Source: an uncultured Nitrososphaerota archaeon
GTDB lineage: Archaea; Asgardarchaeota; Njordarchaeia; Njordarchaeales; Njordarchaeaceae
Reading direction: 5' to 3'
Assembly (NCBI GenBank): GCA_964518475.1
Contig: CAZFGR010000005.1
Span: forward strand, 1 to 64,000
Length of the DNA: 64,000 bases
This document shows, in pieces, positions 27,891-37,687 of the stretch. Positions within the stretch are counted from its first letter, which is position 1; every line of letters begins with the position of its first letter. The position numbers and the translations under genes are program-made. The notes under the pieces are model-generated. The model did not search any database, was not told the origin of the DNA, and saw nothing but the letters and a program-made list of their open reading frames with translations.

Positions 27891-30059
27891 CTATTCTCTT
27901 ATTACATGTATTAATTCATCAATCTCCCTTACTTTATCGGTGTATCCCTCATGGAACCAGATTCTCCTAGCGTTTTCTAAGGATAGCAATGCAAGCTTCT
28001 TAACGACTTCGTCGTCTCCAAATTTTCTGAGATAACTAGCACTCGCTTCACCGAGACGCTCAAAAGCAATCGTCGCCTCGAATGGATTTTCCTTTAGATC
28101 TCTAATAATAACGGTTGAATATTTCTTAAGTAGTTGTAGCCCATATAGGCATAGTTTCCTATCATCAGAATACTTTATACATGCTAAAACAGCGTCAGCA
28201 AGATCATCGATAAACTCTCTCGTGACCTCTCTCTTGTGAATATCTCTTTCACCGATTTGATCAAATATCCTAAGTATATCTTCTAAAATTCTTGCTCGGA
28301 TTCCGGGAGCTTGAATATGCCTGATTATTGGTAAGAAAGCCATAAGAGTGTTTAAGTAAAGAGCTCTGTTTATATCTCTCTCATTGTTTATTTCATTACG
28401 GATTTCTGGAGGGATAAATGCTATTTGGCGTAAATAACTTATTATCTCATCAGATTGTGTACCAAGCCGAAGCATTGCTTTGGAGAGAACGAAGATTATT
28501 GGAGATGACAACGTAAGGAATCTATAATAGGATATTCTGCGACGAGCCCATAGGCGAGCAAAGAATAATAATCCCTCTTGCGCAATTCTTAGAGCATGCT
28601 CCCACATTTCCTTCGCTTTTTCTTTTGTTACGAACATTGTCGAATAATATATAATGTGGAGAAGTAATTGGTAGAAATTGAAGTATGCGCGTATTTCTAG
28701 TGGTGGCATTTCTCTCATAATATTGTACGCATCCTCTATCGCTACCCGATAACTTTCTTCAATAAGCAAGTGTCTATCTTTAATCGATAATCCATAAGAC
28801 TCCATGGCTGCCATGCTTATCAGGAGGTAAGGTATTATTCTTGAAAGAACGTAGTAACTAATTTCTATAATCTTTTCACGATTCAACATTCTGAATATAG
28901 GTAACCGTCGCTTAAGCAATTCATGGAAGCGCTTTTTCATTTTAAGGTAAGCTGTTTTTATCTCTGCTAGATCCTTCTCTATATCAGACCAATTCTTGGT
29001 AGTGTAAAGGATCTGGAAGAGATCATTTACCTTATACGTTGAGTTTAAATATTCATAGAGGTACGAAGATTTTTCTTTGAAAATCTTTAATAGTCTTTCT
29101 CCGAGTGGACTATAGATTACGCTTCTCCCAGTAGACATTAATAAGAATGCATAGATGCTGCGTAGAATATCGTCCTGGGTATTATCCAAGATTTTCACTA
29201 GTTCGTCGATGTTTTCTCTTATAAATTTTAGCCACTCAGAGGGCCTATCTTCTAAAAGATTCAAAATCTCTAATTTCACAAATTGTGCCAGGAGATCCTT
29301 TTCCTCCTCCACTTTTTTGAGAAAGTCCTTGATCACCTCTGTTGGTATTACTGGATGGTTGTATGGAAGCATTCGTGTTAACAGACCTATTTTTATTGCT
29401 AATAATGTACCTAGAGACGACTTCTCTAGATCACTTGTTGCCAATGAGTATGCTATATCATAACCAGCTATTAGGTCCCATGAGTAAACTTTATCGAGAA
29501 TATTTTTGAGTGCTTCCTCAGCAGACTTAATAGTGATTTTGCGTGGTTTATGAACGAGTTTCTTCTCTTTTAATTCCTCCTCTTTAATTAACTTATTGAT
29601 GGTTTCCTCTGTTTTCATGATTATCTCGGGTGGTAAATTTCCGTAAATTACTTTAGCTATATCAACGACACTATCGAAGTAAGGCATTTCGACTGGTTTT
29701 TCTTCTAAGAAAGAATCTAGAAGCTTCTGAACTTGTTGCTGAATATCATCTGTAACAATCTCAGTTCCCGGAGGAATAACGTCTATTATCTTAGATAATA
29801 GTTCCCTAGCTCTTAACTCGATTGAGGGGTCTTCAGTATCACTTGCTACAGCTACAATAACATCTGGATTTATTGTGCTTGATACAACATAGATTTTCCT
29901 CCCGCTTAGTTCTAGGCTTCTTAATCCTCCCTCAGCCAAGGCCTCTGATAAACCCAGTGCTGCCGCCATTAAAGAAGAAACCAAGGACTGAGCATTTTCG
30001 AATCCTTTTTGGGCGATTAATAATCCAGACTTAAGCATTACCAAGACTCCTTGGATCAT
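27891..30059 (-). CDS. Longin-like N-terminal domain + long alpha-solenoid protein
   Basis: MIQGVLVMLKSGLLIAQK..LVSSLMAAALGLSEAL..GLRSLELSGRKIYVV..VIVAVASD gives the beta-beta-alpha-beta-beta-beta-alpha longin order; about 600 helical residues follow. ATG 30059 has SD GGAGAG. Confidence 0.65.
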   Translation of the reverse strand: MIQGVLVMLKSGLLIAQKGFENAQSLVSSLMAAALGLSEALAEGGLRSLELSGRKIYVVSSTINPDVIVAVASDTEDPSIELRARELLSKIIDVIPPGTEIVTDDIQQQVQKLLDSFLEEKPVEMPYFDSVVDIAKVIYGNLPPEIIMKTEETINKLIKEEELKEKKLVHKPRKITIKSAEEALKNILDKVYSWDLIAGYDIAYSLATSDLEKSSLGTLLAIKIGLLTRMLPYNHPVIPTEVIKDFLKKVEEEKDLLAQFVKLEILNLLEDRPSEWLKFIRENIDELVKILDNTQDDILRSIYAFLLMSTGRSVIYSPLGERLLKIFKEKSSYLYEYLNSTYKVNDLFQILYTTKNWSDIEKDLAEIKTAYLKMKKRFHELLKRRLPIFRMLNREKIIEISYYVLSRIIPYLLISMAAMESYGLSIKDRHLLIEESYRVAIEDAYNIMREMPPLEIRAYFNFYQLLLHIIYYSTMFVTKEKAKEMWEHALRIAQEGLLFFARLWARRRISYYRFLTLSSPIIFVLSKAMLRLGTQSDEIISYLRQIAFIPPEIRNEINNERDINRALYLNTLMAFLPIIRHIQAPGIRARILEDILRIFDQIGERDIHKREVTREFIDDLADAVLACIKYSDDRKLCLYGLQLLKKYSTVIIRDLKENPFEATIAFERLGEASASYLRKFGDDEVVKKLALLSLENARRIWFHEGYTDKVREIDELIHVIRE

Positions 30060-30113
30060 ATATGCTCTCTCCAAGTAATCATGAACATATATAAGGCACT
30101 ATAACATTTCTCC

Positions 30114-30125
30114 TACGTGTTATCC
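30114..30125 (-). promoter_or_regulatory. GGATAACACGTA motif upstream of the TATA box of longin gene 1
   Basis: Identical 12-mer at 41596-41607 upstream of the paralog; TTATATAT at 30087-30094 (-). Confidence 0.4.
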
Positions 30126-30210
30126 GTTTAAGTATTGCTGTTAAGGATGATTAACATGTGTTAATCCCTAAATAGTAAAGGTGCGAAAGAATAATTAGCG
30201 GTGTTATAGA

Positions 30211-30579
30211 GTGATTCATTGTATTCCAGTGAAAAATAAGTACTTAATGATGATCGCAAAGGGCAAAAAGAGAATAGAAATTCACATATTTTCTAGAGCG
30301 TTAAAAAAGATAAAACCAGGAGACATTCTCTTACTATTTGATGGCAGAGCAAATATTGTTAGAGCTATAGTTAAGGCGGTAAGGATTTATGATTCCCTAG
30401 AATCTCTACTGAAATCAGAGAATTTTAAAGAAATTCTACCAACAGCTAAAAGTGTGGAGGATCTCATAAAAGAGGTAGAAAAAATATACTGGATGATCGA
30501 TAAGAACGAACTACACGAGAAAAAGTTTATTGCTATAGAACTGGATGTGATTGATTTCATAGAGGGAATTAAAAGGTAA
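30211..30579 (+). CDS. ASCH/PUA-superfamily domain protein
   Basis: YLMMIAKGKKRIEI (GxKxxE), IKPGDILLL, VRIYDSLESLL..E, IY, FIAIEL. Confidence 0.85.
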   Translation: MIHCIPVKNKYLMMIAKGKKRIEIHIFSRALKKIKPGDILLLFDGRANIVRAIVKAVRIYDSLESLLKSENFKEILPTAKSVEDLIKEVEKIYWMIDKNELHEKKFIAIELDVIDFIEGIKR

Positions 30580-30600
30580 AAGCTACTGTTGAGCAAAGAA

Positions 30601-33600
30601 TTAGTCACACTTAATAATTATCCTTATACGCATTTTATCCCTGAGCCTCAACAGTTTCGAAACGAGGTTCCTGAGATCTTCCTCACTATAGTCATCTCCA
30701 AGCATCTTTTTGGCAATCTCCTCAAGATAATACTCTCTCTTCCTTCTTTCAGAGAGAATTCTAATCAATTCTAGAGTTATTGGATCCGCGTATTTAGTTA
30801 ATAAATCCTTTAGTTGATGAAATATTTCCTCTAACTCTTTTTCCGCCTTTATGAGATTTTTCTCATTTTCCACAAGCGTTTTTAAATCTCTGAAACGATG
30901 TTTCAAGCTCTCAAAAGTTCTTATATCTTCATTACTAAGATCCTGAATCGGTACCTTCTCTAGCCATTCGTGGATGCTTTGAATATATTTCCCGCATTTC
31001 CTTCTTCTATCATTCTTCTCCTTTTCAAGCTTATCTATGAGAAAAGTTACTTTCTTTGCAAGATCTTTTAATGCTTGAAGATTATTTGAAAAGAAATTTT
31101 CGAGAGAGGTTAATTCAGGGGAACTTGTAATTGTTTCAACGAATTCCTGTAGTAGTTTCATCATAGCCTGATAATAATTCTCAAGCAAACGGTATTCGTC
31201 ACCTATGTTTTCTCTAGCATACTGGTCACTTAATGAATCTATACTAGTACTCATGGTTTTTGTTTTTTGGGCAAGTTTTTCGACGAAAGTAAGAGCATCC
31301 TTAATATTGTAAAGTTTTTCTCTTGTTGCTTCAGCAATTTTCTCAATAGCTCTTATAGCCTGAAGTGCTTTACCTAATTCATCTATCTCTTGGCCGAATT
31401 GGGGGGAAGAAACATATAATGTAAAATTCGTATATGAGGGAGCCCGCAATGTTTTCAGGATACTTTTTATAGAACCCTCGATATCGCTTCTTAATCTCTT
31501 CACACCGCTTAACAAGGAATAAATAACTCGCTGAATTTCTCTTCTATCTCTTTCTATCCCCTTCACAATCTCTTCAAAGCGATTATATATTTCCATTATT
31601 TTCAAGTACTTCGGATTGAAGAAATAAGCCTTTTCTAATATTTTCTCATCTCCAATCTTGTAGTATCTAAAATCAAACAGGTCTTTAATACTAATGTCCT
31701 TGGTTCGGGAGTATTCTTCGACTAGTTTTCGTGCCTCCTCTACAGAAATTCGTTTTTCAAAAGCTTCTTTTGCCTCGATTAATAAATTTTCTAGCAGTAT
31801 CTCTTCTTGGAAGGGTTCTATAACTCTGAGTCCAATACCTCTCAAATCACGAGAAATGTTCTTAAGGAGTTCTCGAACATGCCTCATTTTCACGGATATC
31901 TTATCTATTAATTCGCTAGAGCGTCTATACGCGATATTCGCTAACTTGATGTACTCCTCAGCTATTCCCAATAATCTAAGTGCGGCAGATAATTGTCGAG
32001 CCTTATTCATTTCATCCAAGACATTGACGGCTGAGTTTCTGAGATAAATTGCTAATTCCAATAACTTATCTATTGAGATCACTCTATACTCTCTTTCCTT
32101 TGCAACAATAAATATAGAGAATGTTCGCCATATCGGATCCCGGTGCTCTATTTGTTTCTCAATATTCCTCAGCTTTTTATTGAAGGACTCTAAGAGTTCG
32201 CCAAGAGATATTTTCTCTATGTATACCTCATCACCTTTTTTAACGTACCTAATCAATCCTTTTCTCTCTAAGGTAGAAAGAAATATGGTCTCCAGCAACG
32301 TCTCTGCTCCGCGTTCAATAATGAAGAATTCCTTCACCGACCTTAGAGAACAACTTTTTCGAGATAAAATTTGGAGAATCAGTTCCTCTGCAGGAGAATT
32401 TCTTACCTGCACAAATTCCCCTACCCTCTCTAAGAACTTAGACTCGATGAGATAGTTCTCTAATTCTTTCAGTTTATCTTTACTCTCGATGTCAGCTCCA
32501 CATAATAGATCCCTACGTTTCCACCCATAAAAGAACTGCGACTTAACGTGTTGCGTGACCCACTCAAATACTTCATGAGTTTTCATAAGTTGTTTGGGGT
32601 ATACCAAGTAGTAATCATAAACGCTGGGTAATGCGGATAAGCTTGGAGACTTGCTCCAAGGAGGCTGTAATATAATTAAGCCTCTACGAAGCCCCTCCTG
32701 AATGATTTTTTCCTCGAATATTTTTCTAGGGTTGTGGTCATATCTTCTTCGTACACGGTTAAGGATTTCAAACATTATTTCTTTATGGATATTTGAGGCG
32801 CATTTCTGCACTATTTTCCTTATGCCGTACATAATAGCTATATCAACTGTGTGGAGAGGAAGTACTACTATTAGGTTATTCATATCTGCTTTCTCAACAA
32901 TCTTCTTTGCATAATCATACAGATCCTCTTTAACGAATAGCATTACTATCGGTATTTTTTCGAGGAGACCTTCTCTTTCAAGAATCTTTAGAGCCTCAAT
33001 AACGTGTCCTCTAAGCAGTATAGCTACTGGAATAAATCTTAATGGGATATCTCTATTACCGTATCGCCAGATTTTCTTCACAACGAATTTATCTAAGAGA
33101 TAGTCGGCTTCGTTGAGCAGAAATTCCTCCATTATTAGAGGTAACATCGCCTTTCCAAGTTCGAAAAAATCATAATCCCCGCCCGTCACTTGCCTCAATG
33201 TTTCGCGCCAAATAGTTAATGCTAAGTTTTTATCATCTATTAAATCGCAAATAGGGCAGGGAGGAGGATAAATATCGTTTAAGATACAGGGGTTCAAAGA
33301 GTATAAGATTTCCTCCGAAGGCTCCGTTTTTTGCCTTAGAATATCCAATACTTGTTTTATCAGAATTTTATGTTGGGGATATATTGAAGCGAGATAGTTC
33401 TCCAAGACCCTCCTAGTTAAGTCGTCTGCAGGAACTAACAATTTCTTTCTTAGTAATTTGTTGTCGAGTGTAAACTTTGTAAGTTTTTTTAAGATTTCCT
33501 CAACTACGTCTTTCCAATCATCAATAGCCTGCTCAAATACTTCTTTAAGAAATTCTTTGAAAAAGTCCTTAAGTTCAATAGCTTTGAAACGCAGTATAGG

Positions 33601-34794
33601 ATTTTGGATCATATTCGAGAATTTTTCCTCAATAACTTCAATGCAGGACTTACAAATATTTAATGGTAAAGAAGTGAGTGATGAGATTTCTTCTAGAGTA
33701 GCGGGGACCGCGAGTACTACTAGTGCCTTTAAAGTCTTCTCTAACCATTCTTTTTCCTTCTCTGAGGAGCCTTCAGTTACTAGGTTAATGTAAAAACTCA
33801 ATGAGCCATCACTGATGAGGTCTATCTTGATTTCACCGATTTCTTCAAGCATTATTCCTTTCATAGAGATTAGTAAATCTTCGCTAGAAGCTACTGGTAT
33901 GCTATTGTTTTTTCTTTTCGATAATAGGTTTGACAATAAGTTATTTAAGACAGCAACAAGATATCCAGGATAACCGCGTGTGGCTAGGTAATATGCATCA
34001 AAAACCGAGATAGTTGGTATGGGAAGAACGTCGGGAAGAGAACCCGCGTAAAGATATTCCAGGCAACCTATAAGAAAGAGATATGTTTCTTCTCGATTGA
34101 GCGGTCTCATCTCTATAGCTTGTACTCGCCGCAAGTGTCGGCCAATTGTTTCCACTAAGGAGGAATCGGAGAGAAACTTAGCCTTTGCTTGAGGTGTTAA
34201 GGAGAGAATTATATGGAGGGTTCCTCGGAGGTCTCCTTTTTTAGAGAGCGGTTGAAATTCACCATTCACTAGACCTACTAATCCATCGATAAATGTAAAC
34301 GTTATTTTAGAGCTCATGCCCAGGATGCTTTCGAATTCATCGAGGAATACTACTAGGAAGCGTTTCTTAGTCTTATGTAGAATAGTTGAAAGAAGTTTCT
34401 CAGTGCGAATATGTCTTGGTACGCGAATTCTCAATTTTTTACAGATAGTTAGTAATAGAGCCTTTAATGTTCTCTCAGCAGAGAAGAGAGGTGCCTCTGC
34501 TAGTTTCTCGAAGAAAGCCATTACATCACTTGTTTTTAAGATTATAGAAAAGCCTTCTTTTTCCTTTACAAGAGGTTCTAGAAAAGCTTTATAGCTAGCT
34601 GTCTTGCCGACCCCCCATTCACCAATTATGGCTAATAACTTCACTTCATTAGAAGCTAGAGCGGATTCGATAAATTCATCATACTGTGACCTGATCATGC
34701 GCCAAAACGGGAGATCTATGTGTTTGCTCAACTCTAAAGCATCCTGACCCGTAATGGAGGGGAGAGGATTTTTCCACATAGGCGCGTATCCCAT
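30601..34794 (-). CDS. Large P-loop ATPase (AAA+/STAND-like N-terminus) with winged-helix-like and coiled-coil regions
   Basis: Walker A GEWGVGKT (aa 58-65), Walker B VVFLDEFE, GRHLRR, ATRGYPG (GxP), several wHTH-like segments, CPIC, long heptad-rich C-terminal third. Confidence 0.8.
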   Translation of the reverse strand: MGYAPMWKNPLPSITGQDALELSKHIDLPFWRMIRSQYDEFIESALASNEVKLLAIIGEWGVGKTASYKAFLEPLVKEKEGFSIILKTSDVMAFFEKLAEAPLFSAERTLKALLLTICKKLRIRVPRHIRTEKLLSTILHKTKKRFLVVFLDEFESILGMSSKITFTFIDGLVGLVNGEFQPLSKKGDLRGTLHIILSLTPQAKAKFLSDSSLVETIGRHLRRVQAIEMRPLNREETYLFLIGCLEYLYAGSLPDVLPIPTISVFDAYYLATRGYPGYLVAVLNNLLSNLLSKRKNNSIPVASSEDLLISMKGIMLEEIGEIKIDLISDGSLSFYINLVTEGSSEKEKEWLEKTLKALVVLAVPATLEEISSLTSLPLNICKSCIEVIEEKFSNMIQNPILRFKAIELKDFFKEFLKEVFEQAIDDWKDVVEEILKKLTKFTLDNKLLRKKLLVPADDLTRRVLENYLASIYPQHKILIKQVLDILRQKTEPSEEILYSLNPCILNDIYPPPCPICDLIDDKNLALTIWRETLRQVTGGDYDFFELGKAMLPLIMEEFLLNEADYLLDKFVVKKIWRYGNRDIPLRFIPVAILLRGHVIEALKILEREGLLEKIPIVMLFVKEDLYDYAKKIVEKADMNNLIVVLPLHTVDIAIMYGIRKIVQKCASNIHKEIMFEILNRVRRRYDHNPRKIFEEKIIQEGLRRGLIILQPPWSKSPSLSALPSVYDYYLVYPKQLMKTHEVFEWVTQHVKSQFFYGWKRRDLLCGADIESKDKLKELENYLIESKFLERVGEFVQVRNSPAEELILQILSRKSCSLRSVKEFFIIERGAETLLETIFLSTLERKGLIRYVKKGDEVYIEKISLGELLESFNKKLRNIEKQIEHRDPIWRTFSIFIVAKEREYRVISIDKLLELAIYLRNSAVNVLDEMNKARQLSAALRLLGIAEEYIKLANIAYRRSSELIDKISVKMRHVRELLKNISRDLRGIGLRVIEPFQEEILLENLLIEAKEAFEKRISVEEARKLVEEYSRTKDISIKDLFDFRYYKIGDEKILEKAYFFNPKYLKIMEIYNRFEEIVKGIERDRREIQRVIYSLLSGVKRLRSDIEGSIKSILKTLRAPSYTNFTLYVSSPQFGQEIDELGKALQAIRAIEKIAEATREKLYNIKDALTFVEKLAQKTKTMSTSIDSLSDQYARENIGDEYRLLENYYQAMMKLLQEFVETITSSPELTSLENFFSNNLQALKDLAKKVTFLIDKLEKEKNDRRRKCGKYIQSIHEWLEKVPIQDLSNEDIRTFESLKHRFRDLKTLVENEKNLIKAEKELEEIFHQLKDLLTKYADPITLELIRILSERRKREYYLEEIAKKMLGDDYSEEDLRNLVSKLLRLRDKMRIRIIIKCD

Positions 34795-34800
34795 TATACA

Positions 34801-36456
34801 TCACCTAGAATTCTTCCTTAAGTAACTGGATAAATCCGTGGAACCTATCGTAGGCTCGATCTCTCTCCGAGGAACTCTTACCAATAAGGGAAAGGGAACA
34901 GGGAGGATCTGACCACTAATGACGAGGGTGCCGGTCTCTAAATTGGGCAGTTTTCTGAGAATGCTTTCTGGTAGTCCTCCTAGAGCTCTCCGTACATAAT
35001 TTATATCATCTGGGGCTATTCTATGAATAAAGTAAGAATTCATCATAGAGAAAACTATAGGATCAACAAATGATGGCCTCTGAGTAACTAATACCAATCC
35101 CAAGCCAAATTTTCGCCCTTGGGTCGCTATTAAGGCAAGGTTTTCTCTAGCGATACTTGATCCTACTGGGTAAGTATCTAGGTTCGGGCAGTAATTCTGG
35201 GCTTCTTCTATGATAAGTAGAGCATAGCGGGTACCTATGTATCCATTTTTTGTCGCGACAGCACCGATCTTATACTCAACGAATCTGTTGTATAAGAGTT
35301 TGGTTAAATACGCAACTACAAACTGTTTCATCTTAAGAGAGATGCCGGTGGCACCGTCTGTGGAGAAATCAATTATAACCATTAAGCCATTTTCCGTTAA
35401 TTCATCAACGAAATTATAATTAAGTTTCGCTGCGCTTTCAGAAAATGGAATTATGCCTGCTTTGAGAAGATCGTTTCTGAATACTCGTAAAGCTCTCTTA
35501 GCAGCCTCCTTGGTCTGGCGGTGAGCTTCGATGGACTCAATAGTTCCCAAAATAATACTCTCGAATTGACTATCATCGTAAAAAATGGCATTAAAATCCC
35601 GATAACCCTCTTTTCTCAGCTTCTCAAATAATGTTTCGAGAAGAGATGCTTGTAACTCGCTCCGTGAAACGCTTCCGTAGTACTCGAGAATCGCTTCGGC
35701 TAGGTCTCTAGGATCCAAGATATTTAGATCGATCGCTATAGGTATAGAATTCTCATCTGTCATCCCTGCTAGGGATTTAGGAAATACTAATCGAAGAATA
35801 TTTGAAAAGCGCGGTAAGAATTCTCCATGTTTAAAGGCGAAATAATAATCAAGATAATCTCCATTAGCATCGATTATCACCATGGGAAAAGCTATCTGAC
35901 GACCATTCACATCTACTTTAGAGAGTTTTTCGATAAGATAGCCAACAGTGTAGGATTTTCCGCTACCAGTTACTCCTAGTATAGCTATGTGCATCGGTAA
36001 ACTTTCAATACGAAGAGGAACTGGAGCATTTAAGTAGCCATATAATGAGCCAAAAGAAATGTATACTTCGTCTCGCTTCAAGGCCGCGAAAATCTGATCG
36101 GGTTTTTCCAGTAAATATACATAATCTCCAGGTGTAGGAGGATAGGGGACATCATCAAGTCTAGGAAGAACACCTAATAAATCGAGCCGACAAATAACAT
36201 ATCTTCTAGCAACATTAACTGGTATTGGTCTATTTTTTCTTCTAGCTTCACTCCAGACATCGCCTACTTCAAAAAACTCGTTGTATGTCTCAATCTTAGC
36301 TATACGTGCCAGAATACTTTTTTCGCCCTGAGATAAAGCAGTTTTCACCAAAACAAGCATTCCTTCATGGATTTTCCCCTCGGCTTCCTCAAGTATTTGG
36401 CACGTCGCTGTGGTAGTTGTGGCGCCAGAAAGTATGATGCCAATAGCATGTTTCAT
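34801..36456 (-). CDS. herA: HerA/FtsK-superfamily ATPase (HerA helicase/translocase) with HAS barrel
   Basis: HAS barrel ending PYPPTPGDYVY; HIAILGVTGSGKS; IIDANGDY; IIEEAQNY; QGRKFGLGLVLVTQRPS. Confidence 0.93.
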   Translation of the reverse strand: MKHAIGIILSGATTTTATCQILEEAEGKIHEGMLVLVKTALSQGEKSILARIAKIETYNEFFEVGDVWSEARRKNRPIPVNVARRYVICRLDLLGVLPRLDDVPYPPTPGDYVYLLEKPDQIFAALKRDEVYISFGSLYGYLNAPVPLRIESLPMHIAILGVTGSGKSYTVGYLIEKLSKVDVNGRQIAFPMVIIDANGDYLDYYFAFKHGEFLPRFSNILRLVFPKSLAGMTDENSIPIAIDLNILDPRDLAEAILEYYGSVSRSELQASLLETLFEKLRKEGYRDFNAIFYDDSQFESIILGTIESIEAHRQTKEAAKRALRVFRNDLLKAGIIPFSESAAKLNYNFVDELTENGLMVIIDFSTDGATGISLKMKQFVVAYLTKLLYNRFVEYKIGAVATKNGYIGTRYALLIIEEAQNYCPNLDTYPVGSSIARENLALIATQGRKFGLGLVLVTQRPSFVDPIVFSMMNSYFIHRIAPDDINYVRRALGGLPESILRKLPNLETGTLVISGQILPVPFPLLVRVPRREIEPTIGSTDLSSYLRKNSR

Positions 36457-37580
36457 GAGGTTTCACCAAAATGAATCAAGTTCCTTATATTTAGAAGATC
36501 GTCCTCCTCTCCAACCAAACTGGCTAATCGAGATAAGGCCTCAGAGAATACTAACTGAGCAGCCCTTTTCCGGATTAAACAAGAGTAGTGAGCCAGATAT
36601 ATCGGAAGAGGAATACTCATCCCTGGCGAAATCCATTGGAAAATATATTGAAGTATTGCATGGATATCCTCATCATCTGAGGCTAGAATCTCGACCCGGA
36701 AAGGTCTATGAGCATAGCCGGCTTGTGCAAAACTCGTCCATATCCTAAATTCATAACCCTTCTTCGAGAATTCCGAGGCGTATACTTTGAATGCTGAACT
36801 CAGTCTTTCACCGTTTTCCTCCGCTATCAAGATAGGGTTGGTGAATAAGCCCACTTCTAGCGGAAATTTTCCAAGTTTATAAATAGTATTAAAGAGCACT
36901 GGCACAACATCTTGATCCGTTAAGTCATGCTTGATAGAGGACATACTGGCTATTACTGAAGAATTAAAACGCTTAACAATACCAACGATTATTGTTTCTC
37001 TTCTCAAGCTCTCGACAAGATTATCTACTCGTTTCCTAACGTATTCCTTATCGATTAAATCTGGGGGATCTATTATAGGTCCATCGATGAATATTAAACG
37101 AGCTCCCTTCTGAGAGGCCTCATTTATTAACATGCTCTCTCTTAATAACATATTTGTAATGACGACTTTTTCAGGATCAATTCCTAGCTCTTCCTTTATT
37201 CTCTCAACAAAGACGTGCACGTTTATTTCTGGGTGACGAATGCTTTCAAGTCCTTTATCAAAAAAGACTAGTGATAAGCCGATAAGACCAAGAAATCTGT
37301 GACCCAAACTCCTAGTAATATAAAAACTCCCATCAACACCACAGACGGATCCGGGAAGAATTATCCTCTTATCCACTGGTACGAATCTTAATAATCCATT
37401 TTTAATGAGTTTAGAAGCTGTATCTTTTACTTTTCGTAGATCACTATAAAGTCTTTTAGCTTCTCTATGAGCATAAGCAACTAACTGAGCTAGTAAGTCA
37501 GGATACATTTTTTGAATCTCTATCCTGCCCATCAGCTTATCTTCTTCATCCTCTTCTGAGCGATACGACGGAATAGTCAA
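36453..37580 (-). CDS. nurA: NurA-family 5'-3' nuclease
   Basis: CGVDGS, LRE, IFIDGP, VGIVKR, FRVE, IPLPIYLAH; ATGA overlap with herA. Confidence 0.88.
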   Translation of the reverse strand: MTIPSYRSEEDEEDKLMGRIEIQKMYPDLLAQLVAYAHREAKRLYSDLRKVKDTASKLIKNGLLRFVPVDKRIILPGSVCGVDGSFYITRSLGHRFLGLIGLSLVFFDKGLESIRHPEINVHVFVERIKEELGIDPEKVVITNMLLRESMLINEASQKGARLIFIDGPIIDPPDLIDKEYVRKRVDNLVESLRRETIIVGIVKRFNSSVIASMSSIKHDLTDQDVVPVLFNTIYKLGKFPLEVGLFTNPILIAEENGERLSSAFKVYASEFSKKGYEFRIWTSFAQAGYAHRPFRVEILASDDEDIHAILQYIFQWISPGMSIPLPIYLAHYSCLIRKRAAQLVFSEALSRLASLVGEEDDLLNIRNLIHFGETS

Positions 37581-37687
37581 TAAATCACCAATAGCATCTC
37601 TCAGAAGAACGAGGTGTAGAATATTACGATTTATAAGGAGTAATAATATGAGGAAAATAAAATCAAAAATGCGGAGAGATTGAAATC

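Noticed and set aside
30601-34794. Large ATPase as Rad50/SMC
   Set aside because: Walker A and B are both in the N-terminal ~160 aa; no C-terminal ABC signature or Walker B.
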